Shown: one piece after another, positions 1 to 9,301 of the stretch
Layout of the letters: the number at the start of each line of letters is the position of its first letter
Numbering within the stretch: the first letter of the stretch is position 1
Assembly: GCA_963750165.1 (NCBI GenBank)
Contig: CAVVPN010000012.1
Location: 1,120,001-1,184,000 of the forward strand
Source: an uncultured Gemmataceae bacterium
Lineage (GTDB): Bacteria > Planctomycetota > Planctomycetia > Gemmatales > Gemmataceae
Length of the DNA: 64,000 bases
Direction of reading: 5' to 3'
Notes under the pieces: model-generated
Seen by the model: the letters and a program-made list of their open reading frames with translations, nothing else
The model's database searches: none
Told to the model about the DNA's origin: nothing
Made by a program: the position numbers and the translations under genes

Positions 1-272
1 TGCGGTTCGAGCGGTTCGAGCGAACGGGTGAACCGATAGTCGGTCCCGTCGGTGTGGGGAAACCAGTGCCAGTCCTGGTAGTCCGGTCGGTTGCGCCCTG
101 GCAGTGCCACGCCGTTACCGAAGAAGAGCGCGCAAAAGCGTTTCGGCCGCGGGGCCGCCGGTTGATTGGCGTGCGACATGGATTCGAGCCATGGCAAGGC
201 CAGCGCCATGCCGGCGCCGCGGAGGAATGTTCGTCGGTCGAGATGCCAGGAGGAGCGAGGCATGGCGGTCAT
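1..272 (-). CDS. DUF1552 family protein, N-terminal part (runs off the window start)
   Basis: Manual translation of the minus strand from ATG at 272 (or 263): MTAMPRSSWHLDRRTFLRGAGMALALPWLESM...PKRFCALFFGNGV. This is a twin-arginine-like leader plus the typical DUF1552 N-terminus, immediately downstream of a DUF1592 gene, its usual partner. Confidence 0.8.
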   Translation of the reverse strand, partial: MTAMPRSSWHLDRRTFLRGAGMALALPWLESMSHANQPAAPRPKRFCALFFGNGVALPGRNRPDYQDWHWFPHTDGTDYRFTRSLEPLEP

Positions 273-278
273 CCTTTG

Positions 279-2810
279 TTACTTCGATTGAAACGGTTCG
301 CTCGACGCGATTAATTCAATGAGTGCGGGCAACCGGTCGCCGCGCTCGCGGAGGGTGGGAACCAGGGCGTCGGCCGCCTCGGTGTCGCCGAGGGTGAGCG
401 ATCGGCCGAGGGCGTAGGTCATCACCTTGCGCAGCATCGCCCGGCGAAACTGGTCGGACTTCGTGCGCAAGAGTTCACTTCGCAATTCTCGCATGCCGTC
501 GATTTTGACGCCAGTGGGTAATTCGGCTTTCGCGTCGATCGGGTGCGCAGTCCTGCGCTTCCGCAGGGTCGCGCCGACGCCATCGCGCTGCCAGTTGCCG
601 ACGGCGTCGTATTCCTCAAAGGCGATGCCCCACGGATCGATCTTGCGGTGGCAGCCCGCACACGCGGCGTTGCTGCGGTGGACTTCGAGCGCCTTGGGAA
701 TCGTCAGGTTCTTCACCTTCGGATTCTCGCGGTTCAACTCCGGCACATTCGGTGGCGGCGGCGGCGGCGTCTCGTCGAACAGGTTCTTGAGCAGCCACAT
801 GCCGCGCTTGACCGGGTGGCCGTCGCGGCCGTCCGAGAGACCCGTCAGGACGCTGGCGTGGGTCAAGACGCCGCCGCGCTGGTGGGCTTCGTCGAGCTTC
901 ACCTTGCGGAAGTTGGGGCCGCTGACGCCGGCGATGCCGTAATGCGCCGCCAGGGTGTCGTTGACGCACGTGAAATCGGAGGCGAGGAACTGGAAGATGC
1001 TCAGGTCGCGGCGCAGCACCTCGCCGAAAAAGTGGATCGTCTCCAGCCGCATCGCCGCGGCGAGCCGATCGTCGAAGCCGGGATAAGTGTTCTTGCTGAC
1101 GGTCACGCGCTGCAACCGATCGAGTTCGAGCCATTGCTCCGCGTATTGCTCGATGAACAACCAGGCCCTGGGGTCTTGAATCATGCGGCGGACCTGGGCA
1201 GACAGGACCGCGGGGTCGCGCAACTTCCCCTGATCGGCGAGGCGAAACAGCGCCTCGTCGGGCATGGTGCTCCAGAGGAAATAGGACAGCCGTGACGCCA
1301 GTTCGTGATCGGTCAGTCGTTCCTTCACGGTGCCCTTGCGACTCGCCGGCAGGCCCAGAAAGCGCGGCGAACTCAACACGACGCTTAGCGTGTCCTTCAG
1401 GCTGTCTTCCAGGGTGTCGGCGCTCGCCCGGGCCTTCGTCCAGTATTTCATGAGTCGATCGAGTTCGTCAGGGGCGATCGGACCGCGATAGGCGCGCGCG
1501 GCAAAGCGCCGCACGACTTCCCGGGCGTACGGCGCTTCGGCAAGCCCATCCTTCGCAAACAGGATGTTCGTATGCGTCCGCGGCGGCCAGGTCTCGAAAT
1601 ACGGACTCTCGAACTCCATCCACTCGATCTTCAGCCGCGGCGGTTTCGCCTCCCCCTTGATCGCCCTGGCCGAGTTCCAGGCCGCAATCAGGGCCGAGTT
1701 CTTGTTGTTCAGCGGGCCGGAGTTCGGCACCGAGACGTTCTCCATCCGGACCCGAAACTCATAGGTGCGGTAATCGGCGTGGTCGATGACGATCGGCTCG
1801 CCGACGGTCGTCAATTCGACGCCGTGGAAGTTTGTCGAGCCGACGGCGACCGTCAGGATCGGCAGGCGCGCGGCGTCGGCCCCCGCCGGCAGCTCGGCGC
1901 AGGCGGCGCGAACCTTGATCCGGGTCTCCCCCTTGCGGAAGGCCTGGTGAAACCCGAAAGCGTAACAGTGCTCGGGCATCTGCACTGCCGCCTCGCCGAA
2001 GCGCCGAATCGCCGACGGCGCCAGTGCCGGGTTCCAGATTTTGTTTTTGTCCTTGTCCTTGTCCTTGCCCGGGCTGGACATGTTCCAGATGCGGAACGCC
2101 TTGCCCTTCTTGGTGGCGTACTCGAAGGATTCACCCGGTCGGCCATCGGGCCTGGGCAAGCTCGCCACTTGAAAATTCGCGTGCTTGTCGCCGACGGAAA
2201 GGCGGTAACGATGAACCACCGGCGGTGGGCCCGATACGATCGCCTCGGCGAGCGCTTCGTCCGCGATCTGCAGGTAGGTCTCGTATTGCAGCGGCGACAT
2301 CCGCAGCGCGTCGCCGTCGTTGCGGAAGCCGTCTTTTGAATGGCCGTCTTCCGGGAGCCGCGCCCCGAACCTGATCGGCAGGCCGAGCAGGTCCTGCATC
2401 GTGCGTTCGTACTCGCGGCGGGTCAGGCGGCGGAAGTGGACCGCCTGGTTCTTCGCGAGCGCGGCTCGACGGCGTTCCTGCGTGAGCCAGGCGGTCATCA
2501 GCTCGCGGTCTTCCTTTTTGAGGGCGGGTTGCTTCGCCGGCGGCATGTCGCCGAAATTGAGCCGGTCATGGACCTCACGCCAGTGATCGCCATCCTTGCC
2601 GTTGACGAGATCGGGGTTGAGCTTGTCGATCCGCAATTTCCCCTTGGCCTTCTCGGCGCCATGACAGCCGTAGCAATGTTTCTGAAAGAGCGGCGCAACG
2701 CGCGCGAAGGGAATGGGCTCGTCCGCACGAAGCCCCGACGTCCCGACGCCGACCAATGAGGCGGCAACGGCAACAACCAATAGAGGTGTGATCTGGCGGG
2801 ATGCGATCAT
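279..2810 (-). CDS. Planctomycete cytochrome c domain + DUF1587/DUF1595/DUF1592/DUF1588/DUF1585 protein
   Basis: Signal peptide; two heme c motifs (CYGCH, CAGCH); RRLTRREYERT, ELASRLSYFLWSTMPD, HPVKRG and PPPPPNVP motifs. Start taken at internal Met MIASRQ. Confidence 0.9.
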   Translation of the reverse strand: MIASRQITPLLVVAVAASLVGVGTSGLRADEPIPFARVAPLFQKHCYGCHGAEKAKGKLRIDKLNPDLVNGKDGDHWREVHDRLNFGDMPPAKQPALKKEDRELMTAWLTQERRRAALAKNQAVHFRRLTRREYERTMQDLLGLPIRFGARLPEDGHSKDGFRNDGDALRMSPLQYETYLQIADEALAEAIVSGPPPVVHRYRLSVGDKHANFQVASLPRPDGRPGESFEYATKKGKAFRIWNMSSPGKDKDKDKNKIWNPALAPSAIRRFGEAAVQMPEHCYAFGFHQAFRKGETRIKVRAACAELPAGADAARLPILTVAVGSTNFHGVELTTVGEPIVIDHADYRTYEFRVRMENVSVPNSGPLNNKNSALIAAWNSARAIKGEAKPPRLKIEWMEFESPYFETWPPRTHTNILFAKDGLAEAPYAREVVRRFAARAYRGPIAPDELDRLMKYWTKARASADTLEDSLKDTLSVVLSSPRFLGLPASRKGTVKERLTDHELASRLSYFLWSTMPDEALFRLADQGKLRDPAVLSAQVRRMIQDPRAWLFIEQYAEQWLELDRLQRVTVSKNTYPGFDDRLAAAMRLETIHFFGEVLRRDLSIFQFLASDFTCVNDTLAAHYGIAGVSGPNFRKVKLDEAHQRGGVLTHASVLTGLSDGRDGHPVKRGMWLLKNLFDETPPPPPPNVPELNRENPKVKNLTIPKALEVHRSNAACAGCHRKIDPWGIAFEEYDAVGNWQRDGVGATLRKRRTAHPIDAKAELPTGVKIDGMRELRSELLRTKSDQFRRAMLRKVMTYALGRSLTLGDTEAADALVPTLRERGDRLPALIELIASSEPFQSK

Positions 2811-3225
2811 GGCAAACGATCTCTTAAGCGCGTCGTCCGGCAACAATCCAAACGAAGCGCGATTACGGGCGTGTCAAACCAGCGGCAGCAACCACGGCGA
2901 ACGAGGCCAACCCATGCGCCGCTCACCATTCGTCTGGATCGAAACGGGAGGCCAGTTGGTGGGATCGCGTGGAGGTACCCCCAAAAAACCATTTATACCT
3001 GAGTTGAAGGCCCATTTCAAAGAAAGGCTGATAAGACAAGCGGATTGTTAATGTGTCATTGAGGACCGACACTTCTCACCATCTGGCGGCACGCCCTGCG
3101 GCGCCAGCACGCCGCCGAGAGCGTGGGGGATGACGGGCCTCTGGGCGACTGCACTCGTTTGGGGGCGAGCACGACGAACCCCAGCAGCGGCCAGACTTTC
3201 ATTCGTTGGCCTCCGCGTCGGTGAG

Positions 3226-4569
3226 TTACTTTCCCGCCTTCTTGTCCGCCCTGTCGGCGGCCCAGATGGCCCGGATCGCCACTTCATCCCCCAGCCCGTC
3301 CGGCACCGCCGCGCTGGGCACGTTGGCGAAGTACCAGCGCCGCCGGTCGAGCGGCGAGCGCACGGTGCGGCTGCCGGGCATCTGCAGGAAGCCGTTGGGG
3401 TCGGTGGTACGCACCCAGTCCCAGGCGTAGCGCAGCCAGGCGGCGCGGTACGGCTTACTCTGGTGGGCGAACCAGCTGATCTCGTCGTAGCCCCAGACCC
3501 AGATGCCGCCTTGTTTGGGTTTGCCCGGCTGCTTGCTGACACCCCAGTTGTCGATCTCCACCAGGTAGGGCAGGTGGTCGCACTTCCAACCGCTGAAGGT
3601 CAGGCCGCCCTTGCTGCGGCGGTAGATGCTGTCGGAGAAGCCGACCTGTAAGACCGCCTCCTGCGGCCGGTCCGGCACCTCCTTGATGCGGAGGGGGAAG
3701 GAGTGAAAATCCATGAGCAGCCGGCCTTCGCGCACCAGCCCGCCGCTCGGCACGTGCGCGTCGCACACGACCATGTGTCGGCGGGCGTGCTTGGCGGCGT
3801 GGGCGCGGATCAGCGTGAGGACGTGCTCGTAATGGGCCAGCCCACGGTCGTTGCCGTTCATCAGCTCCGTCTGACCGAAGTGAATGGCCTCGCAGCCCAG
3901 GTCGATGTATGAGGCCGCCAGGAAGTAAAACCACAGCTTGGTCTCCGGCCGGCTCACGTCCGGGACGGACGCGCCTTTGCCCCAATGGTTGCGGCGCTTG
4001 CCGTCGGGGTAGAGCATGTCGGCATAGCGAAAGTTACGCGCCTCGGCCGGCAGGCCCAGGGCCTGGAACGCCCAGGCGGGCACGGGGACCTTCTCGACGT
4101 TCGTGGTCACGATCTCGAAGACGCAAGCTTGCAGGATCATCTCCGGGTCGGCCTTGTGGACCAACGGCACCTGCTTGCGAGCCCGCTCCAGGTTCTTCAG
4201 CAAATTGGCTTCGCCGGCCCACAGACAGAGGGCGCGGCCGATGAATTTGGCCCCGGTATCCTTGAGCATGCGGACGTTGTCGTCGAGGTCGCCTTTGCCG
4301 TTGAGCAGGCCCTCCATCGAGATGGCGCGGGCGAGGTAGTTCTCCAGCACCGCGCGCGACATGGTTTTGTCGAACTGGTAAGTGCGCGGCCGGCCCTCTT
4401 GCAACGGCGCGTGCTCGGCTGCCGGCTCAGACTCCAGGGCGCCGCCGAGGGCGGGAATGACTTCGTCGCGGTCGGCCACAGGTTTTGCCCGCGTCCCGGC
4501 TCCGAGTACAGGATGAAGAAGCGGGAGGATGCCCACAACGAGCGCGGTCAGAAGGTTGTAGCGTTTCAT
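3226..4569 (-). CDS. Secreted hypothetical protein, possibly glycoside-hydrolase-like TIM barrel
   Basis: 447-aa ORF with a signal peptide and Trp/Tyr-rich globular sequence (IHFGQ, YLVEIDNWG, WGYDEISWF). The fold guess is inference only. Confidence 0.6.
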   Translation of the reverse strand: MKRYNLLTALVVGILPLLHPVLGAGTRAKPVADRDEVIPALGGALESEPAAEHAPLQEGRPRTYQFDKTMSRAVLENYLARAISMEGLLNGKGDLDDNVRMLKDTGAKFIGRALCLWAGEANLLKNLERARKQVPLVHKADPEMILQACVFEIVTTNVEKVPVPAWAFQALGLPAEARNFRYADMLYPDGKRRNHWGKGASVPDVSRPETKLWFYFLAASYIDLGCEAIHFGQTELMNGNDRGLAHYEHVLTLIRAHAAKHARRHMVVCDAHVPSGGLVREGRLLMDFHSFPLRIKEVPDRPQEAVLQVGFSDSIYRRSKGGLTFSGWKCDHLPYLVEIDNWGVSKQPGKPKQGGIWVWGYDEISWFAHQSKPYRAAWLRYAWDWVRTTDPNGFLQMPGSRTVRSPLDRRRWYFANVPSAAVPDGLGDEVAIRAIWAADRADKKAGK

Positions 4570-4909
4570 CGACGTCTCCGGGTGTGGACGGCGTTTCCCG
4601 ACTCGCCCGCGGAACGAGGCCGTTCCGCGCCGCGTGGAGTTCGCGAAGGGGGCGCCACCCGTGGTTGCGAGAGAAGCTCCTCGCGCAGCGGCCGCGTATG
4701 GCGGTCACTATATGGGGGGACGACGTGGAAATCACTCCCATCCTCCCACCCGGGCGTGCTGTCGGTCGCTGTGGGGCCGCGCGTTTGGCCGCCTTGCGGG
4801 CTTCAAGAAGACCGAAACGGGCTCCGGTTGCGCGGCGGCTGGGAGGGAGACCGCAGCGGACTCCGCGGTGTCGTTCCGGGGCAACAGCCTCCTTCCCAGC
4901 GTCCGGTTC

Positions 4910-6859
4910 TCACTTCTCCTTGTCCAGAGACCACACCTTCACCGTCCGGTCACTGGAGGCGCTGGCCAGGCGTCTGCCGTCGGGGCTGAAGCAGACGCTC
5001 CTCAGAAGAGCGGTATGTCCCTTGAGGGTGAGGAGTTCCTGTCCCTTCGCCGCGTCCCACACCTTCACCGTCTTATCCCAGCTGGCACTGGCGATGCGTT
5101 TGCCATCGGGGCTGAAGCAGGCACTGCAGACAAACGAGGTGTGCCCCTTGAGTGCCAGGAGTTCTCGCCCTTTCTCCGCGTCCCAGACCCGAGCCGTTTC
5201 ATCGCCGGCGCTAACGAGGCGTTTGCCGTCGGGACTGAACGCCACGCTGTGGATGAAGCCCGTGTGCCCCTTGAGGGTAAGGAGTTCCTGCCCCTTCTCC
5301 GCGTCCCACACCTTAATCACTCCGGGCGCCTTGGCACCTTTTGAACTCCACGGATAGACACCAGCGAGGCGTTTGCCGTCGGGGCTGAAGCAGACGCTGC
5401 CGTTCGGCCTGAATTGCGCCGTGAGGGTGAGGAGTTCCTGCCCCTTCTCCGCGTCCCACACCTTGATGCCCTCAGTGCTTAAACTGGCGATGCGTTTGCC
5501 GTCGGGGCTGAAGCAGACGCTGCCGGTAGATCGGGTCTGCCCGTTGAGGATGAAGATCTTGTGCCCCTTCTCCGCGTCCCACACCCGAACCGTTTGATCC
5601 GCGCCGGCGCTGGCGATGCGTTTGCCGTCGGGGCTGAAGCAGACGCTCCACACCACGCCGGTATGCCCTTTGAGGGCGAGAATCTCGGTCCCCTTCGCCG
5701 CGTCCCACACCTTCACCTCGCCTGGACCTGGTGGATTTCCTCCGACCCCTCCGCCCGCTCCGACCCCCCGAGGCAACACTCCACCACCTGTGACGATGCG
5801 TTTGCCGTCGGGGCTGAAGCAGACGCTCCAGACCTGACTGGTATGCCCCTTGAGGGTGAGCGGTTCCGGTTTCTGGGCCCGCGCGGAAGTCCTTTCCGTC
5901 AAGGGGAACACCACCGGGAGGGCCGGCTCTTCCTCTGGCCCCACCGGTCCCTGGGCGCCTCGCTCCGGCTGGACTTCCGCCGGCGCCGCGTTGGCAGCGT
6001 AGAAATGTCCGCCGACCGCCACCGTCACCAGGGCGAGCACGATCAGCGCCCCGGCGACCATCCCGATTTTCTTGACGAACATGGTTTTTAGCACTCCTTC
6101 CGTCAGAACGGCGACCTTGGCCGACGCGGCCAGGGCCAGGGACTTCCCGTTGACCACCGCGAGCGCGGCAGCGACCGTCGTATCCACGCAGGCCAGGGGC
6201 ATGGCGGTCGCTGACAGGCTCTCGGATGCCAGGACGGCGGGCAGCACCGCGGACCAGGCGATACCGCGACCCTTCAGCCGGCTGCCCAGCGCCGCGCGCG
6301 CCTGCTCCAGCCGCCGCCGGAGGGTGCTCTTGCTCCAGCCGAGTTGATCGGCCGCCTCGTCCTGCGTTTGGCCTTCCAGGTAGCACAACACCAGCGGCAG
6401 CCGCCACCTGTCCGGCAAGCGACTCAGTTCCGCATCCAGGGCCGAACGGACCTCGCTCCATGTCAGGTCGTCCGGCGGCACGGCCTCGGACCGGGCGGCA
6501 CCGGCTTCCCAGCGCTGTCGGGCCATGGCGCGGGCTTTGGCTTTGCGGGATATGCGGAGGGCCACCCCGTGCAGCCAACCGGCCAGCGAACTGTGTTGGC
6601 GCAACGCGTGGAGTTCCTGGGCGAGGACCAGAAAGGTGGCCTGGAAAGCGTCCTCAGCGTCTTGTGGGTGTCGCAACACGCGGCGGCAGACCTGGTAAAC
6701 CATCGTCCCGTGGCGGCGCACGATGGTCAGGAGGGCCGACTCGTCACGAGTCGCCAGCACTCGCTCGACGAGCTGGCGGTCGGACTCGACGCCGAGAAGT
6801 TCCGCCGTCATGCCGCGTGTCAGGCGGTGGAGAAAATCACTCACATTTGCCGTGGTCAC
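4910..6859 (-). CDS. ECF sigma-70 factor with transmembrane segment and C-terminal 7-repeat WD40 propeller
   Basis: Sigma region 2 (DAEDAFQATFLVL), region 4 (LVLCYLEGQTQDEAA...STLRRRL), hydrophobic segment IGMVAGALIVLALVTVAVGG, then seven GH...FSPDGKR...VWD repeats. Confidence 0.92.
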   Translation of the reverse strand: MTTANVSDFLHRLTRGMTAELLGVESDRQLVERVLATRDESALLTIVRRHGTMVYQVCRRVLRHPQDAEDAFQATFLVLAQELHALRQHSSLAGWLHGVALRISRKAKARAMARQRWEAGAARSEAVPPDDLTWSEVRSALDAELSRLPDRWRLPLVLCYLEGQTQDEAADQLGWSKSTLRRRLEQARAALGSRLKGRGIAWSAVLPAVLASESLSATAMPLACVDTTVAAALAVVNGKSLALAASAKVAVLTEGVLKTMFVKKIGMVAGALIVLALVTVAVGGHFYAANAAPAEVQPERGAQGPVGPEEEPALPVVFPLTERTSARAQKPEPLTLKGHTSQVWSVCFSPDGKRIVTGGGVLPRGVGAGGGVGGNPPGPGEVKVWDAAKGTEILALKGHTGVVWSVCFSPDGKRIASAGADQTVRVWDAEKGHKIFILNGQTRSTGSVCFSPDGKRIASLSTEGIKVWDAEKGQELLTLTAQFRPNGSVCFSPDGKRLAGVYPWSSKGAKAPGVIKVWDAEKGQELLTLKGHTGFIHSVAFSPDGKRLVSAGDETARVWDAEKGRELLALKGHTSFVCSACFSPDGKRIASASWDKTVKVWDAAKGQELLTLKGHTALLRSVCFSPDGRRLASASSDRTVKVWSLDKEK

Positions 6860-7146
6860 CGGTGGACACTCCTGCGAGGATCAGCCCTACGTATGATAGT
6901 GCCCGCAGGAAATGAAAAGTGGTCACCTTTCCGAGGCGGTGCTCAATGGTGGCCAGGTGATCGCATCTGGGATCCAGGGCTGACCGCGTTGTCAGTCACG
7001 CGCATCTGGCCGCCGTCAACCGGACCTGTTCGTTTCGTGGGTCTACCCCACTCGTTACGCCCTCGTTACACACCGCGCCTGCCGGATCGGTTAACATCGG
7101 GATTGTTGTTGCGCTGCTTCCGGGCATGTTCGCGGAGGAAAGGACC

Positions 7147-8178
7147 ATGACGGCACGCCGGCTGATGTGGATCGCGCTGCTGTTGTTGCTACCCGCCACC
7201 GTCAGCGCCGATGAGGCCGAGGACCAGGCGATCAAGGCCGTCCAGCGGCTCGGCGGCCAGCACTTCGACCCCGATGTGGGCCGCGGCAAGCCGGTCGTCA
7301 ACGTGGTACTCAACGGGACGCCGGCGACCGACGCCGACCTCAAGACCCTGGCCGCGTGCCGGCGGCTGCAGGCGCTGCACCTCAACTCCACCCGGGTCAC
7401 CGACGACGGTTTGAAGGAACTGGCCGGCCTGAAGGCGCTCAACTTGCTGAACCTCGCCGGCACCAAGGTACGCGGGCCTGGTTTGCAGGCACTGGTCGGG
7501 CTGGGGCAACTGCGCTGGCTGTCGCTGGGCGGCGCGGGGTTCAACGACACGGGACTTCGGGAAGTTGCCCGGTTGACGCAGTTGCATTTCCTGATGCTGG
7601 AAAAGTGCAACGTCACGGACGCCGGTTTGAAGCACCTGGCCGCCCTCAGGGGCCTGCGCGGGCTCTTCCTGGACCGGACGGCGGTCACGGATGCAGGGCT
7701 CAAGGAACTGACGGTGTTCAAGGATCTGCAGCAGCTGTCGCTGCAAAACACGGCGGTGACGGGCGCAGGGCTGAAGGACCTGGCGCAGCTGACCGAACTG
7801 CGGGTGCTGATGCTCGTGGGGGCGCCGGTGACGCCGGAGGGGGTGCGCGAGGCGGCGGCCCTGGGGCAACTGGATACGCTCGTGCTCAACGACAGCCCGG
7901 TCACCGACCGGGGCTTGCAGGACCTGGCCGCGCTGACGAACCTGCGCCACCTGTATCTGCGCAAATCGCGGGTGACCGACGCGGGGCTGCGGCACCTGGG
8001 CAAACTCAACCGGCTCGAGACCCTGGTCCTCGTCGGGACGCTCGTGACGGACGAGGGCCTGGCGGAGCTGGCCCAGCTGCCCAACCTGCGGCACCTGCAC
8101 CTCAACGATACCCGGGTGACCGGCGCGGGCGTGCGCACCTTGCAGAAGGCCTTGCCCAACGTGAAGATTGATCGCTGA
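7147..8178 (+). CDS. Secreted leucine-rich repeat protein (11 x 24-aa LRR)
   Basis: Signal peptide MTARRLMWIALLLLL...; repeats LxxLxxLxxLxxLxLxxTxVTDxG; C-terminal cap LQKALPNVKI. Confidence 0.9.
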   Translation: MTARRLMWIALLLLLPATVSADEAEDQAIKAVQRLGGQHFDPDVGRGKPVVNVVLNGTPATDADLKTLAACRRLQALHLNSTRVTDDGLKELAGLKALNLLNLAGTKVRGPGLQALVGLGQLRWLSLGGAGFNDTGLREVARLTQLHFLMLEKCNVTDAGLKHLAALRGLRGLFLDRTAVTDAGLKELTVFKDLQQLSLQNTAVTGAGLKDLAQLTELRVLMLVGAPVTPEGVREAAALGQLDTLVLNDSPVTDRGLQDLAALTNLRHLYLRKSRVTDAGLRHLGKLNRLETLVLVGTLVTDEGLAELAQLPNLRHLHLNDTRVTGAGVRTLQKALPNVKIDR

Positions 8179-8807
8179 CGTGCGGTTGGCCCCGGAGGTG
8201 GCGCGAGGATTGGGGACGGGTGCAGCGGGTGACCGGGGGCGTTGGACGTCCGGGAATTGGTGTCGCATCACGCGGATGAGTTCGGCGGTCGTCGAGCTTC
8301 GGTCGAATGCATCGATCAGTACCGCCGCGTTCTCGGCCCTGATCGACGGGCACGACGGCGAGTGCCTCTGCTGCCGGCGGCGGTTCGCTGACGCTGGTTG
8401 ATGAGGCCGATGTGTCCGCTGCACGTTGGCGGGAGTACGCTCCGTGCAGAGGTGGGGAGGACCGAAGCAACCTATCACCAGTAGATGGCCCTCTTCACCA
8501 GGGCGAGGACGTGGTGCCTTGACCGAACAGAGCCGGATAGGTTCCAGCGTCGCGATCCTGGTACGCCGCCCCGGCAATTCGTCGGCAGAACAACGCCGGT
8601 TATTCAACAGCAGCGCGCGAAAGACACGGCCGCTCCCGTCGCTCATGGGGCCGTCTCGGCGCCGATGCCGCTGCGCCGGGTGAGTTGCTCGTCGGCCTCC
8701 CCTTCCTGGTCTGCGACCGATGAGCCACTCCAACTTTTTCCCTTCGGCGTCGTCATCCGCCGGTGCAGGGTAAGTAACAGAGGGGAGGCGGCGGCACAGC
8801 AGGGGGC

Positions 8808-8980
8808 GTGATGGATCCTCGAATTCTGGAAGCGACGCGCCTGGGGACGCTGGCCGTCCCCACCGTGTCGGCGTTGATCACGTCCCTGGCCCGCGATTTT
8901 CAGGGCCGGGACGAAGTGCTCCAGGCGACCGCCGTCGCCGTCATCGAGTCCTTCGACCGCTACCTCCCGGCAAATCCTTC
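8808..8980 (+). pseudogene. Truncated ECF sigma factor remnant (Rhodopirellula/Verrucomicrobium-type, region 2 only)
   Basis: MMDPRILEATRL...VSALITSLARDFQGRDEVLQATAVAVIESFDRYLP resembles ECF region 2; similarity is lost after about 57 aa and no region 4 follows. Confidence 0.6.
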
Positions 8981-9009
8981 GCCGGCGGGGCCGCGGCGGA
9001 AGGTGGTGG

Positions 9010-9198
9010 GCGGGTCGGCGGCGCGTTCGGCCCCTTGTTGTTCGGGTTCAACGGTCTACCGGCCGATCTCGAAGTGGGCGTGTACCTGGAGCGCGTTGAC
9101 GCTGGCGGCGGCGGCCCGGCGGGCGGCTTGCACGAGCGCGGCACCTGCTCGACGAGCGGGCCGAGGCTGCGGGCGATCGAGTTGGAGTGCCTGTTCAT
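9010..9198 (-). pseudogene. DUF1016 (YhcG-like) N-terminal domain remnant
   Basis: Reconstructed across one frameshift and an in-frame TAG: MNRHSNSIARSLGPLVEQV/ALVQAARRAAAASVNALQVHAHFEIGR*TVEPEQQGAERAA. This fits the DUF1016 N-terminal pattern (VN...EIGRxIVExEQxGxxRA). Confidence 0.65.
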
Positions 9199-9301
9199 CG
9201 CCGCGTGGTCTCCGCCGGGATGGCCTGGAGTCGGCCACACGGGCATGGTCATCAAGCCGCCTCCCGAATGTCGCGGACTTTCCAGGTTTTCAGGGAACCC
9301 A

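Noticed and set aside
8180..8800. Possible gene on the minus strand downstream of the LRR gene
   Set aside because: No frame gives a coherent recognisable protein.
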